Shown: positions 51,907-64,000 of the stretch, in pieces
How positions within the stretch are numbered: the stretch's first letter is position 1
Layout: the number at the start of each line of letters is the position of its first letter
Origin: Candidatus Eiseniibacteriota bacterium
Lineage (GTDB): Bacteria > Eisenbacteria > RBG-16-71-46
NCBI GenBank assembly: GCA_963707915.1
Contig: OY970178.1
Location: 2,816,001-2,880,000, forward strand
DNA length: 64,000 nucleotides
Direction of reading: 5' to 3'
The notes under the pieces: model-generated
The model's database searches: none
Seen by the model: the letters and a program-made list of their open reading frames with translations, nothing else
Told to the model about the DNA's origin: nothing
Translations under genes and position numbers: made by a program

Positions 51907-53345
51907 GCGACGACGCGCTTTGCTTCCTGGGTGGTGCGGAGCTGGGGCGCCGCATCGCGCGGCGCGAGGTCTCGCCGGTCGAGGTGGCGCGCGCCCACCT
52001 GGCACGCATCGAGCGCCTGGAACCGAAGCTCAACGCGTTCCTGGCGGTGACCGCGGACCGCGCGCTGGCCGCGGCGGCCGCGGCGGAGCGCGAGCTCGCC
52101 GCGGGCGCGGGCCGCGGCCCGCTGCACGGCGTGCCGATGGCGCTCAAGGACCTCTTCGACACCGCGGGCGTGGTCACCACGGCGGGCTCGAGGATCCTGG
52201 CGGCGAACGTGCCGGCCCGCGACGCCGCGGCGGTCGAGCGCCTGCGCGCGGCCGGGCTCGTGCTGCTCGGCAAGACGAACATGCACGAGTTCGCCTACGG
52301 CACCACGACCAACAACCCGCACTACGGCCCCTGCCGCAACCCCTGGGACCTCGAGCGCAGCCCCGGCGGATCGAGCGGCGGCAGCGGCGCCGCGCTCGCG
52401 GCCGGGATGTGCCCGCTCTCGCTCGGCACCGACACCGGCGGCTCGATCCGCATCCCGGCGAGCGCCTGTGGCGTGGCGGGGCTCAAGCCCACGTTCGGGC
52501 GTGTGAGCCGGCGCGGCGTCGTGCCGCTGGCCTGGTCGTTCGACACCGTGGGGCCGATGGCGCGCACGGTCGAGGACCTGGCGCTGCTGATGAACGCCGT
52601 GGCCGGGCCGGACCCGGAGGACGAGTGGTGCGCCGCGCGCGCGCCGGAGGACTTCGCGCGCGAGCTCGAGGACGGCGCGCGCGGCCTCACGCTCGGCGTG
52701 CCGCGCGAATGGTTCTTCGAGGACGTGGAGCCCGGCATCGCAGCGCGGGTGCGCGAAGCCATCGCCGTGCTGGAGCGCGAGGGCGCGCGCCTGGTGGACG
52801 TTGCGCTGCCGGGGATGGCCGACGCGCACACCGCGCACCACGCGATCCTCGCGGCCGAGGCCTCGGCGTTCCACGGCCCGTGGCTGCGCGAGCGCCCGCA
52901 GGACTACGGCGAGGCGATGCGCGCGGGCCTCGAGCTCGGCGAGCTGCTGCCGGCGGTGGACTACGTCAACGCGCGGCGGCTGCAGGCGATCGTGCGCGCC
53001 ATGTTCCGGGCGGCGCTCGCGCGCGTGGACGCGCTGGTCGCGCCGAGCCTGCCGCACGGGCCGCTGCGCATCGGCGAGGCGATGTCGCGCGAGCCGGCGG
53101 TGGCGTGGAACCGCCTGCTCACGCCCGTCAACGTGGCGGGCTACCCGGCGGCCTCGGCGCCCTGCGGCTTCGACGAGGCCGGGATGCCGGTGGGCCTGCA
53201 GATCGTCGGACGGCCGTTCGAGGAGGCGCGCGTGCTGCGCGTGGCGCGGGCCTACGAGCGGGCGACCGAGTGGGGGACCCGGCGGCCGCCGCTCGGAGGC
53301 GGTGCGTGCCGGGCGTCCGAGGACTCCGGGAGGAGAGCGGGATGA
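51903..53345 (+). CDS. Amidase signature family enzyme
   Basis: [47 protein letters not shown]. Confidence 0.93.
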   Translation: MSDDALCFLGGAELGRRIARREVSPVEVARAHLARIERLEPKLNAFLAVTADRALAAAAAAERELAAGAGRGPLHGVPMALKDLFDTAGVVTTAGSRILAANVPARDAAAVERLRAAGLVLLGKTNMHEFAYGTTTNNPHYGPCRNPWDLERSPGGSSGGSGAALAAGMCPLSLGTDTGGSIRIPASACGVAGLKPTFGRVSRRGVVPLAWSFDTVGPMARTVEDLALLMNAVAGPDPEDEWCAARAPEDFARELEDGARGLTLGVPREWFFEDVEPGIAARVREAIAVLEREGARLVDVALPGMADAHTAHHAILAAEASAFHGPWLRERPQDYGEAMRAGLELGELLPAVDYVNARRLQAIVRAMFRAALARVDALVAPSLPHGPLRIGEAMSREPAVAWNRLLTPVNVAGYPAASAPCGFDEAGMPVGLQIVGRPFEEARVLRVARAYERATEWGTRRPPLGGGACRASEDSGRRAG

Positions 53346-53686
53346 AGGAACACGAGTGGGTGCGGGCGTTCCCCGGTGCCGTCACGGTGTGCGACCGGGA
53401 GGGCGTCATCCTGGAGATGAACGAGCGTTCGGTCGCGGTCTTCGCGGACGACGGCGGCGCGGCATTGATCGGCACGAACGTCCTCGACTGCCATCCCGAG
53501 CCGGCGCGCGCCACGCTCGCCGGGCTGCTCGCCACCGGGAGGACGAACGTCTACACCATCGAGAAGGCCGGCGTGAAGAAGTTGATCTACCAGGCACCGT
53601 GGTACCGTGAAGGCGAGTATGCCGGGTTCGTGGAATTGTCGCTGGAGATCCCGTTCGAGATGCCGCACTTCGTCCGCGGCGCGTGA
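53342..53686 (+). CDS. Stand-alone PAS domain protein
   Basis: AVTVCD.EG.I..MN, LIG.NVLDCHP, N.YTIEK.G.KKLIYQ.PW. Confidence 0.85.
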   Translation: MKEHEWVRAFPGAVTVCDREGVILEMNERSVAVFADDGGAALIGTNVLDCHPEPARATLAGLLATGRTNVYTIEKAGVKKLIYQAPWYREGEYAGFVELSLEIPFEMPHFVRGA

Positions 53687-53749
53687 AGGACGCCGATCCC
53701 GCCCGCACCGCGGGGCGGGGCCGCGACGGAGCCACCGCAGGAGGGACGC

Positions 53750-53932
53750 ATGGGTGACAACGATCACAAGTGCCACTGCCACCATTCGCGCGGCGGCGAG
53801 CTCGCCGGCCCGCTCTGGATCTGGGCCTGGCTGTTCACCATCGGCTTCCTCAAGCTGACGCTCGTGAAGGGCATCTACGCGCTGCTGCTCTGGCCCTACT
53901 ACCTGGGGGTGCACTTCCGCCCGCCGCAGTGA
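53750..53932 (+). CDS. Small membrane protein
   Basis: GGAGAGGG RBS; G.LW...WLFTIGFL.L...KG..A.LLWPYYLG pattern. Confidence 0.7.
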   Translation: MGDNDHKCHCHHSRGGELAGPLWIWAWLFTIGFLKLTLVKGIYALLLWPYYLGVHFRPPQ

Positions 53933-53957
53933 TCACGAGCCGCGCGCCCCGAACGAA

Positions 53958-53990
53958 GACCGCCCGGCGGGTCGGCCCCGCCGGGCGGTC
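53958..53990. terminator. Hairpin between convergent genes
   Basis: Perfect 14-bp stem gaccgcccggcggg / cccgccgggcggtc. Confidence 0.6.
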
Positions 53991-54014
53991 GCGTCTCCCG
54001 CGCGGGAGCGCGGC

Positions 54015-55241
54015 TCAGCCCTGTGCCGCCCCAACGGTCACCCGACCCGGGTACGCCGCCAGCGCGGCCCCCAGGCACCGCATCGCGCGGCGCAGCTTGG
54101 GCACCTCCAGCACGTAGGCGATGCGCACCTCGTCCCGGCCCAGGCCGGGCGTGGCGTAGAAGCCGTCGGCGGGCGCGACCATCACGGTCTCGCCGTCCAG
54201 CGCGAAGTCCCGGAGCAGCCACTCGGCGAACGCGCTGGCGTCGTCCACCGGCAGCCGCGCGCAGAGGTAGAACGCCCCCTCGGGCCTGCGCACCAGCACG
54301 CCGGGGATGGCGGTGAGCGACTCGAACACCACGTCGCGGCGCTTCCGGTACTCGGCGATCACGCCCGCGATGTAGGAGGCGGGCACCGCGGTGAGCGCGG
54401 TGCAGGCGAACTGCTCGACCGTTGGCGGGCACAGGCGCGCCTGGCCGAAGCGCATGATCGCCGCCATGAACTCGCGGTTGCGGCTGACGATGTTGCCGAT
54501 GCGCGCGCCGCACATCGAGTAGCGCTTGGAGACCGAGTCCACCACCACGACCTGCTGCTCCATCCCCGCGAGCGTGAGCACCGAGCGGTGCTCGTGGCCC
54601 TCGTAGACGAACTCGCGGTAGACCTCGTCGGCGATCAGCACCAGGCCGCGCTCGCGGCAGATCGCGGCCAGCAGGTCGATCTCGGCGTCGGTGTAGACCG
54701 TGCCGGTCGGGTTGTTGGGCGAGCAGATGAGCATGGCGCGCGTGCGCGGTCCGATCTTCGCCTCGATCTCGGCGCGCGGCGGCAGGTGGTAGCCGTCCTC
54801 CGGCCGGGTCGTCACCGGCACCAGCTCCACGCCGATCATGGCGGCGAAGCCGTTGTAGTTGGTGTAGAAGGGCTCGAAGACGATCGCCTCGTCCCCGGGG
54901 TCGCACAGCGCGCCGAGCGTGAACAGGATGGCCTCGCTGCCGGCGGTGGTGACGAAGATCTCCTCGGCCGCGAGCGGGACGCCGAGGCCGGCGTAGTACG
55001 AGCGCAGCGCCTCGATGAACTCCGGCAGCCCCTGCGACGGTCCGTAGGGGACGTTGGCGTCGGCGTAGGAGCGCAGGCGATCGAGGATGGCCGGCGGCGT
55101 GGGGATGTCGGGCTGCCCGATGTTGAGCGGGTAGACCGTCTTGCCGGCCTTGCGGGCCTGGACGGCGAAGGGGGCCAGCCGCCGGATCGGCGAGGCCGGC
55201 ATCTGCTGCGCGCGCCTGGACAACCGTGCTGCGCTGGACAT
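54015..55241 (-). CDS. PLP-dependent aminotransferase class I/II (aspartate aminotransferase-like)
   Basis: LNIGQPD, EPFY.NY, SPNNPTG, ADEVYREF, DSVSKRYS.CGARIG. Confidence 0.93.
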   Translation of the reverse strand: MSSAARLSRRAQQMPASPIRRLAPFAVQARKAGKTVYPLNIGQPDIPTPPAILDRLRSYADANVPYGPSQGLPEFIEALRSYYAGLGVPLAAEEIFVTTAGSEAILFTLGALCDPGDEAIVFEPFYTNYNGFAAMIGVELVPVTTRPEDGYHLPPRAEIEAKIGPRTRAMLICSPNNPTGTVYTDAEIDLLAAICRERGLVLIADEVYREFVYEGHEHRSVLTLAGMEQQVVVVDSVSKRYSMCGARIGNIVSRNREFMAAIMRFGQARLCPPTVEQFACTALTAVPASYIAGVIAEYRKRRDVVFESLTAIPGVLVRRPEGAFYLCARLPVDDASAFAEWLLRDFALDGETVMVAPADGFYATPGLGRDEVRIAYVLEVPKLRRAMRCLGAALAAYPGRVTVGAAQG

Positions 55242-55433
55242 CGGATCCTCCCTGGGAGCGGTCCGCGACGCACGTCCCCGACGGGGCGGGTGCGGCACCC
55301 GGACGAAGCGGACCGGAGCACGGGGAGTCTAGCCCACAAAAGGCTCGCGCTGCGAGTCGCGTCACGGTACTCTCCGGCCCCGGTTCGTGGCCCGGCCGCA
55401 GGCGGTGGTACATCGGAGCAGGCAGCCCGGAGG

Positions 55434-57575
<2,142 letters not shown>

Positions 57576-57677
57576 GCCGAAGGAGCCGGCCCGAACACCA
57601 CGATGGAGCGGCGCGCCGAGGCGCGGGCCGCTCCATCGCCCGGCCGGCGCGGCGCGCGCATCGACCGCGGCCGGCGG

Positions 57678-59207
57678 TCAGTCCCGCGGTGACGCGGGCA
57701 AGTCCAAGCCGTAGAGCGCCCCGTACTTGCCCGCGAGGTAGGCCAGGTAGGGCTCGATGCTCATCGGCGCGCCGGTCGCGCGCAGCACCAGCTCGTCGGC
57801 GGTGAACCCGGCGCCGTGCTGGTAGACGTTCTCCCGCAGCCAGGCGTGCAGCGTGCCGAACTCGCCGCGCGCGATCTCGCCGGCGATCCCGGGGTGCGCG
57901 CGGGTCGCGGCCGCGAAGAACTGGGCGCTCAGGATGTTCCCGACCGTGTAGCCCTGGAACTGCCCGCCGACCAGCCCCGCGTACCAGTGCACGTCCTGCA
58001 GCGCCCCGTCCCGGTCGTCGGGCGGCGACAGGCCGAGGTCGGCCTTCATGCGCGCGTGCCAGGCTCCGGGCAGGTCCTTCACCTCGAGCCGGCCCTCGAG
58101 CAGGTCCAGCTCGAGGTCGAAGCGCAGCATGACGTGCAGGTTGTAGGTGACCTCGTCCGCGTCGGTGCGGATCAGCGAGCGGGCGACCTTGTTGATCGCG
58201 CGATGGAACGTGTCGAGCGGCACGGCGGCGAGCTGCGCCGGGAAGGCGCCCTGCAGGCGCGGGTAGAAGTGCTCCCAGAACCCGCGGCTGCGCCCGACCA
58301 GGTTCTCCCACAGGCGCGACTGGCTCTCGTGCACGCCCGCCGAGGCGCCCGCGGCCAGCGGCAGGCCCTCGTACTCGCGCCGGATGCCCTGCTCGTAGAG
58401 CGCGTGCCCGCACTCGTGCAGGGTGCTGAACAGCGCGTCGGCCAGGTCGTCTTCGCGCACCCGCGTGGTGATGCGCACGTCGCCGAGCGAGAACTTGGTC
58501 ATGAACGGGTGGTGCGTCTTGTCCTGGCGGCCGCGCTCGAAGTCGTAGCCGTAGCGCCGGATCACCTCGAGGCCGAACGCCAGCTGGTCGGCCTCGGGCG
58601 CGTGCTGCCTGAGGCACGAGTCGTCGGCCGGCGGCCGCGCCAGGATGGCGCGCACCAGCGGCACCAGGCGGGCGCGCAGCCCGGTGAACAGCGTGCGCAC
58701 GGCGGCGGCCTTCAGCCCGTGGTCCGACTCGTCGATGAGCGGGTCGGCGATCGAGGCGTAGCCGGGGAAGAAGCCCGCCAGCCGGCGCGAGAGGTCGAGC
58801 GTCCGCTCGAGCAGGGGACGCATGCGCGCGAAGTCGTTCGCCGGCCGCGCCTCGGTCCACGCCTGGTAGGACTGCGCTGCATGCGCGCTCAGCTCCGCGA
58901 CGAACGCGGATGGCACGCGGATCGCCCGGTCGTACTCGCGGCGCGTCACGCGCAGCAGCGCGGCCTCGTCCGACTCGTACGGCAGGCCGCGGGTCTCCTG
59001 CTCCAGCCCGTCGAGCAGCCGGCCCAGCGCCGCGTCGGTGAACTTCTCGTGGGCGATCCGGCCCAGCGTGGCCATCTGCCGCCCGCGCGCCTCCCCGCCG
59101 CCGGGCGGCATGTAGGTCGCCTGGTCCCAGCCCAGCACCGCGGCGGCCGAGGCGAGGTCGTTCACCTCGAGCAGACGGGCCTTCAGCTCGTCGAGCTTCG
59201 CGCTCAC
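57678..59207 (-). CDS. Carboxypeptidase M32 (Taq carboxypeptidase family)
   Basis: LGWDQ.T.MP, HPF, DVRITTR, HECGHALYEQG, HESQS, IRTDADE, QDVHW. Confidence 0.95.
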   Translation of the reverse strand: MSAKLDELKARLLEVNDLASAAAVLGWDQATYMPPGGGEARGRQMATLGRIAHEKFTDAALGRLLDGLEQETRGLPYESDEAALLRVTRREYDRAIRVPSAFVAELSAHAAQSYQAWTEARPANDFARMRPLLERTLDLSRRLAGFFPGYASIADPLIDESDHGLKAAAVRTLFTGLRARLVPLVRAILARPPADDSCLRQHAPEADQLAFGLEVIRRYGYDFERGRQDKTHHPFMTKFSLGDVRITTRVREDDLADALFSTLHECGHALYEQGIRREYEGLPLAAGASAGVHESQSRLWENLVGRSRGFWEHFYPRLQGAFPAQLAAVPLDTFHRAINKVARSLIRTDADEVTYNLHVMLRFDLELDLLEGRLEVKDLPGAWHARMKADLGLSPPDDRDGALQDVHWYAGLVGGQFQGYTVGNILSAQFFAAATRAHPGIAGEIARGEFGTLHAWLRENVYQHGAGFTADELVLRATGAPMSIEPYLAYLAGKYGALYGLDLPASPRD

Positions 59208-59251
59208 CGCCGGCCCGCCGCTCCCTCGGCCACGCCCGGGTTCGCCATGGC

Positions 59252-59920
59252 CTACTTCCTCCGGCCCACCGGCATGAGGGCGAGCACCTGCCAGCCGGCG
59301 GGCACGGCCAGCACGGCGCGCACGGCGGGCTCGCTGAAGCCGCCGACCATCACCGTGCCCAGTCCGAGCGCGGTGCACTGGAGGTAGACGTCCTGCACCA
59401 CGAAGCCCGCCTCCATGCCCAGCCAGCGCTCGGCGTTGCCGCGGAACTTCTGCGCCGCGAGCGCGCTGTCCCCGATCACCACGACCGCCGCGGCGGCGCG
59501 CTGGAACATCTCCTGTCCGCGCGCGGCCGACGGGAGCGAGTCGCGCCGCGCGCCGGGGATCGGCACCAGCGCATGACCCTTCGGCTCGTAGCGGAAGACG
59601 CCGGTTCCCAGGCCCTGCACGTCGTTCGCGACCAGCCAGACCTGCAGCGGGTAGACCGCGCGGGCGGACGGCGTGGCGCGCTTGCCGTCGGGCCCGGTGA
59701 TGCCCTGCGCCGCCCACAGGAGCTGCGAGACCTCGGCCAGCGTCAGCGCGCCGGGCGCGTACTCGCGCACCGAGCGGCGCTGGACGATGGCCCGCTCGAG
59801 CGTGACCTTGCCGGTCACGTCGGGCCCGGGCAGGGCGACGGCCGGCGGCTCCACGGCCTGGACGAGGGCCCCGGTGAGCAGGGCGGCGGCGGCGAGCGAG
59901 AGGACGATGCGGCGCTTCAT
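59252..59920 (-). CDS. SagB/ThcOx-like nitroreductase-family flavoprotein with signal-like N-terminus
   Basis: LE.AI..RRS.R.Y, SQLLWAAQG, R..PSA...YPL, EAG...Q..YL...ALGLG...VG.F. Confidence 0.88.
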   Translation of the reverse strand: MKRRIVLSLAAAALLTGALVQAVEPPAVALPGPDVTGKVTLERAIVQRRSVREYAPGALTLAEVSQLLWAAQGITGPDGKRATPSARAVYPLQVWLVANDVQGLGTGVFRYEPKGHALVPIPGARRDSLPSAARGQEMFQRAAAAVVVIGDSALAAQKFRGNAERWLGMEAGFVVQDVYLQCTALGLGTVMVGGFSEPAVRAVLAVPAGWQVLALMPVGRRK

Positions 59921-59938
59921 GTGCGGCCTCCGTGAGGG

Positions 59939-60538
59939 TCAGCGATCCCGCTGGTAGGTGCCGACCAGCTCGGCTTCCGCCAGCACGTGCCCGACCATGG
60001 CCTGCTCCAGCGCGGCCCGGGTCGGATGGTGCAGGTCGGGCAACACGATATCGATTGCGTAGAGCTTGTGGAAGTAGCGGTGTCGCCCGACCGGCGGGCA
60101 GGGTCCGCGCCAGCCCGGTTGCCGCCAGTCGTTGAGCCCCTCGCGCGCGCCTGGCGGCAGCGTCTTCGCGGTCGTTCCGGCGGCGAGCGAGGTGGTGGAG
60201 GCGGGCAGGTCGTAGAGCACCCAGTGGACCCAGACCACCCTCGGCGCGGCCGGGTCGGGCGCGTCCGGGTCGTCCACGACGAGGGCGAAGCTCTTCGTGC
60301 CGGCGGGAGCGCCGCTCCACGCCAGCGGCGGGGAGAGGTCCTCGCCGTCGCAGGTGTGGCGCTTCGGGATCCCGCCCATCGGCCCGAACGCGGGGGAGAC
60401 AAGGGACAGCGACACGGTGGCCTCCTTCCTGGCGGGCACGCTCCGGGGAGCGGTGCCGGGCACGGCCTTCGCGGCGGGTTCGCAGCCTGCGGCGCTCGCG
60501 AGGCAGACGAGTGCGACGACGTGCAGGAGGGTCCTCAT
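59939..60538 (-). CDS. YbhB/YbcL (PEBP/RKIP-like) family protein, probable lipoprotein
   Basis: TCDG...SPPL.W, DDPDAP, WVHWV, GPCPP.G.HRY; AAG-C lipobox-like; ATGA overlap with amrS. Confidence 0.9.
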   Translation of the reverse strand: MRTLLHVVALVCLASAAGCEPAAKAVPGTAPRSVPARKEATVSLSLVSPAFGPMGGIPKRHTCDGEDLSPPLAWSGAPAGTKSFALVVDDPDAPDPAAPRVVWVHWVLYDLPASTTSLAAGTTAKTLPPGAREGLNDWRQPGWRGPCPPVGRHRYFHKLYAIDIVLPDLHHPTRAALEQAMVGHVLAEAELVGTYQRDR

Positions 60539-61602
60539 CGAGCCTCCGGCCGGGGTGGATGCTGCCAGTGGCCCGGCACCGCCAGCCCGCAACCGGGGCA
60601 GCGGCCGTCCACCAGGTGGTTCTCCAGCACCGCGTGCCAGGAGCGGCGGATGAGGACCCGCGCGCAAACCGGGCACGAGGTGTGGGCGCCGTCGCCGAGC
60701 ACGTTGCCCTCGTAGACGTAGCGCAGTCCCGCCTCGCGGGCGATGCGGCGGGCCGCGCGCAGGGTGGCCGGGGGCGTGGGCGGCAGGCCGCGCAGCCGGA
60801 AGTCGGGGTGGAAGGCGGTGAAGTGCACGGGCACGTCGGGGCCGAGGTGATCGAGCACCCAGTCGGCCAGCCGTCGCACCTCGCCCGGGCCGTCGTTCAG
60901 CGTGGGGATGACCAGGTTGGTGATCTCGAGCCACACGCCGGTCTCGTCCCGCAGCCGCCGCAGCGTGTCGAGCACGGGCGCGAGCCGCGCCAGGGCGTAG
61001 CGGCGGTAGAAACCGTCGTCGAGCGCCTTGAGGTCCACGTTGGCGGCGGTGACGGGATCGTAGAGATCGTGGAACGCCTCGGGGGTGACGTAGCCGTTGG
61101 TGACCATCACGGTCGCGATGCCGCGCTCCCGCGCCGCCGCGCACACGTCGAGCACGTACTCGGCCCAGATGGTGGGCTCGTTGTAGGTGAAGGCGATCGA
61201 GGGGCAGCCGCGCTCGACGGCGAGGTCGGCCACGTCCGCGGGCGCGAGGAGCGGCCCCGCGACCGGTTCGGGGCGCGCGTGGGAGAGGTCCCAGTTCTGG
61301 CAGAAGGAACAGGCCAGGTCGCAGCCCGTGGTCCCGAGCGAGAGCACGTTGGTGCCCGGCAGGAAGTGGAAGAGCGGCTTCTTCTCGATGGGATCCGCCT
61401 GCACGGTGGCGGGCGCGCCGTAGCCCAGGCTGACGAGCCGCCCGCCGCGGTTCGCGCGCAGCGTGCAGAAGCCGGCCTGTCCCTCGCGCAGGCGGCAGTG
61501 CCGCGGGCACAGGAAGCAGTGCGCGCGCCCGTCCGGCGCGGTCTCCCACCAGCGCGCCGGGTGCGAAGCGCCGGGTCCGGCGATGGATTCGAGGTTCGAC
61601 AC
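60535..61602 (-). CDS. amrS: AmmeMemoRadiSam-system radical SAM enzyme
   Basis: C.LCPR.C.....G.C..R.N, DPIEKKPLFHF.PG, CxxxCxxC (GCDLACSFCQNW), FTYNEP, C-terminal CP.C...CP.CG. Confidence 0.92.
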   Translation of the reverse strand: MSNLESIAGPGASHPARWWETAPDGRAHCFLCPRHCRLREGQAGFCTLRANRGGRLVSLGYGAPATVQADPIEKKPLFHFLPGTNVLSLGTTGCDLACSFCQNWDLSHARPEPVAGPLLAPADVADLAVERGCPSIAFTYNEPTIWAEYVLDVCAAARERGIATVMVTNGYVTPEAFHDLYDPVTAANVDLKALDDGFYRRYALARLAPVLDTLRRLRDETGVWLEITNLVIPTLNDGPGEVRRLADWVLDHLGPDVPVHFTAFHPDFRLRGLPPTPPATLRAARRIAREAGLRYVYEGNVLGDGAHTSCPVCARVLIRRSWHAVLENHLVDGRCPGCGLAVPGHWQHPPRPEAR

Positions 61603-61702
61603 CGACGACCTCCCGGCCGGATTCTACGCCGCTCGCAGGCGGAAAGCGCAACGCCCGGCGCGGGTGCCGCGCCGGGCGCTGCGACGTTCCCCGGATCCGG
61701 GG

Positions 61703-62386
61703 CTACTTCACCTCGACCGTGACCTTGCTCATGCTCAGCGGCTCGCTGGTGCGGCCGCTCTGCGAGCCCGCCGCCTCGAGCTTCTTCACCACGTCCATCC
61801 CCTCGACCACTTCGCCGAAGATGGTGTGCTTGCCGTCGAGCCACGGCGTGGGGACGAAGGTCAGGAAGAACTGGCTGCCGTCGGTCCCGGGGCCCGCGTT
61901 GGCCATCGAGAGCAGGCCGCCCTTGGTGTGCTTCACGCTCGGGCTGAACTCCCCGTTGAAGCCGTAGCCCGGGCCGCCCGTGCCGGTGCCGAGCGGGCAT
62001 CCGCCCTGCGCCATGAACCCGCTGATGACGCGGTGGAAGGAGAGGCCGTCGTAGAAGCCCAGCTTCGTCAGGTAGAGGAAGTTCGTCACGTGCATCGGCG
62101 CCACGTCGGGCAGGAACTTGATCAGGACGGTGCCCTTGTTGGTGACCATGCGCGCGAAGTAGGTGTGGGCCTTGTCGAAGGCGACCACCGGCGGCTTGGG
62201 CAGCGAGGTCTTCCAGCCCGCGACCTTCTTGTCGATCTTCGAGGCGGCGATGAACTGGTCGATCTGCAGCATCGCGGAGTCCTTGATCTGGGCCGGGGCG
62301 GCCGCGGTCTTCTTGGGCGCATCGGCGGCGATCGCCATGCCCGCGCACACCGCCAGGGCGGTGAGGGACAACAACAGGCGCTTCAT
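61703..62386 (-). CDS. Exported cyclophilin-type peptidyl-prolyl isomerase
   Basis: [41 protein letters not shown]; signal peptide. Confidence 0.95.
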   Translation of the reverse strand: MKRLLLSLTALAVCAGMAIAADAPKKTAAAPAQIKDSAMLQIDQFIAASKIDKKVAGWKTSLPKPPVVAFDKAHTYFARMVTNKGTVLIKFLPDVAPMHVTNFLYLTKLGFYDGLSFHRVISGFMAQGGCPLGTGTGGPGYGFNGEFSPSVKHTKGGLLSMANAGPGTDGSQFFLTFVPTPWLDGKHTIFGEVVEGMDVVKKLEAAGSQSGRTSEPLSMSKVTVEVK

Positions 62387-62651
62387 GTTCTGTTCTCCTC
62401 CATGGGTCCAGGTGGGTCCGGTCACGGGAGCGCGGAGACCCTACCATCCCGTCCACCCGGGAGCGAAACGTCCGGGCCGCCGACGTCAACATCGCGTCAA
62501 GCCGCGTCCGGCGCGGGGCGCGCGTCCTCGCCGGCACGCCGGCCGCGGAGTCGCGCTATCCTGCGCCGGACCCGCGGGACGGTGGTCCCGCGTCACGTCG
62601 TCCCTCCCCGTGAAGGGCGCCGGGCCTCCGGCGATCAGGAAGGAGACGGGA

Positions 62652-63341
62652 ATGAACAGACTCGGAGCGGAGTTCCTCGGCACGTTCTGGCTGGTGCTGG
62701 GAGGCTGCGGCAGCGCCGTGCTGGCGGCGGCGTTCCCCGGCGTGGGGATCGGCCTGCTGGGCGTGGCGCTGGCGTTCGGCCTGACCGTGCTGACCATGGC
62801 CTTCGCCTTCGGCCGCATCTCCGGCTGCCACCTGAACCCGGCGGTCTCGATCGGGCTCTGGGCGGGCGGGCGCTTCCCGGCGAAGGACCTGGTCCCCTAC
62901 ATCGTCGTGCAGGTCCTCGGCGGCCTGGCGGCGGGGGCGGTGCTGTTCGTCATCGCCAGCGGCAAGGCCGGGTTCGACGTGACCGCCGGCTTCGCCGCGA
63001 ACGGCTACGGCGAGCACTCGCCGGGCGGCTACTCGCTGCTCGCCGGGCTGGTCACCGAGGTGGTGATGACGCTCATGTTCCTGGTCGTCATCCTCGGGGC
63101 GACGGACCCGCGCGCGCCGCAGGGCTTCGCGCCGATCGCCATCGGCCTCGCGCTGACCCTCATCCACCTGGTCAGCATCCCGGTCACCAACACCTCGGTG
63201 AACCCCGCGCGCAGCACCGGCGTCGCGCTGTTCGTGGGGGGCTGGGCGGTCTCGCAACTCTGGCTCTTCTGGGTCGCCCCGATCGCCGGCGGCCTGCTGG
63301 GCGGGGTGGTGTACCGGCTGGTCGGCGGCAAGGACCGGTAG
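62652..63341 (+). CDS. aqpZ: Aquaporin Z
   Basis: [43 protein letters not shown]. Confidence 0.95.
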   Translation: MNRLGAEFLGTFWLVLGGCGSAVLAAAFPGVGIGLLGVALAFGLTVLTMAFAFGRISGCHLNPAVSIGLWAGGRFPAKDLVPYIVVQVLGGLAAGAVLFVIASGKAGFDVTAGFAANGYGEHSPGGYSLLAGLVTEVVMTLMFLVVILGATDPRAPQGFAPIAIGLALTLIHLVSIPVTNTSVNPARSTGVALFVGGWAVSQLWLFWVAPIAGGLLGGVVYRLVGGKDR

Positions 63342-63400
63342 CGCGGGGCGGGCGGTCCGGTTCCCGCGGGCCGCCCGCCTGCCGCGATGGGGAGGAAGCC

Positions 63401-63841
63401 ATGGATCCATCGGTCGAACGATTCATCGCGGCCCGGCGCCTCGCGCTGGTCGGTGCCTCGCGCCGCAAGCGCGGCTTCGGCAACCTCGCCCGCGCGGAGC
63501 TCGCGGCGCGCGGCTACGAGGTCGTCCTCGTGCACCCCGAGGCGAAGGAGATCGACGGTGAACCGTGCCGGCCGAGCCTGGCCGCGGTGCGCGACCAGGT
63601 GGACGGCGTGCTGGTCGCCGTGCCGTCCCGCGCGGCGCCCGCGGTGCTGCGCGATGCGGCCGCGGCCGGGTTGAAGCGGGTGTGGCTGCAGCAGGGGGCC
63701 GAGTCGCCCGAGGCCCTCGCGCTCGCCGGCGAGCTGGGGCTGGACCTGGTCGCGAAGCGCTGCGTGCTGATGTACGCGCCACCGGTGAAGGGGATCCACG
63801 GCTTCCACCGCGCCATCGCGGGGTTCTTCGGAAAGCTCTGA
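63401..63841 (+). CDS. CoA-binding domain protein
   Basis: ALVGAS......G, GY.V..V.P, VWLQQG, C.LM. Confidence 0.88.
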   Translation: MDPSVERFIAARRLALVGASRRKRGFGNLARAELAARGYEVVLVHPEAKEIDGEPCRPSLAAVRDQVDGVLVAVPSRAAPAVLRDAAAAGLKRVWLQQGAESPEALALAGELGLDLVAKRCVLMYAPPVKGIHGFHRAIAGFFGKL

Positions 63842-63877
63842 GGCGGGCCGGCGGGATCCGCGTGCGCGGCGGGCCCG

Positions 63878-64000
63878 TCAGCCGGCGACGCGCGGTGTCA
63901 GCCCGAACCGTTCCGCCGCCCGTTCCGCGATCGTCCGCCCGATGGTGATCGAGGCGGTCGCCGCGGGCGAGGGGGCGTTCAGCACGTGGACCATGCGGTC
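63878..64000 (-). CDS. lhgO: 3' end of L-2-hydroxyglutarate oxidase-like FAD oxidoreductase (partial)
   Basis: Minus-strand translation [25 protein letters not shown]... matches the LhgO C-terminal [12 protein letters not shown] motif. Confidence 0.8.
   Translation of the reverse strand, partial: DRMVHVLNAPSPAATASITIGRTIAERAAERFGLTPRVAG

Noticed and set aside
57678..61602. Possible RiPP cluster (radical SAM, SagB-like dehydrogenase, peptidase)
   Set aside because: No YcaO, precursor peptide or transporter; the radical SAM is AmrS-type, and stand-alone SagB-like proteins are common.

Overview
Very GC-rich bacterial chromosomal window with about 60 genes and no recognisable rRNA, tRNA, CRISPR array, IS element or prophage. 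Gene content (C-terminal FlgD-Ig/T9SS-like sorting domain, PorT-like barrel, DUF4159/DUF4175 and the 'asparagine synthetase B'-labelled family, short ATP synthase epsilon) suggests an FCB-superphylum organism such as Ca. Eisenbacteria; this is inference. Housekeeping content: folP-cdaA, secDF, a CBS-less guaB, a complete F0F1 operon, speA, an aspartate aminotransferase, an M32 carboxypeptidase, an Fpg-like glycosylase, aqpZ, a cyclophilin and the 3' end of lhgO. The most unusual elements are: (1) a translationally coupled three-gene chemosensory-like operon (19498-24442) whose MCP-like receptor, CheA-like kinase and HD-GYP-like output domain have all lost their catalytic or signature residues; (2) an in-frame AtpI-subunit a fusion; (3) a lipoprotein trypsin-like protease followed by a stand-alone lipoprotein copy of its own N-terminal pro-domain; (4) a highly structured, terminator-ended ~300-nt segment between two canonical divergent promoters upstream of secD (candidate ncRNA); (5) repeated leaderless-mRNA promoter architecture. 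Single-base frameshifts in atpB, atpD and fpg are most likely consensus sequencing errors. All family assignments come from motif recognition by eye, not from database searches.
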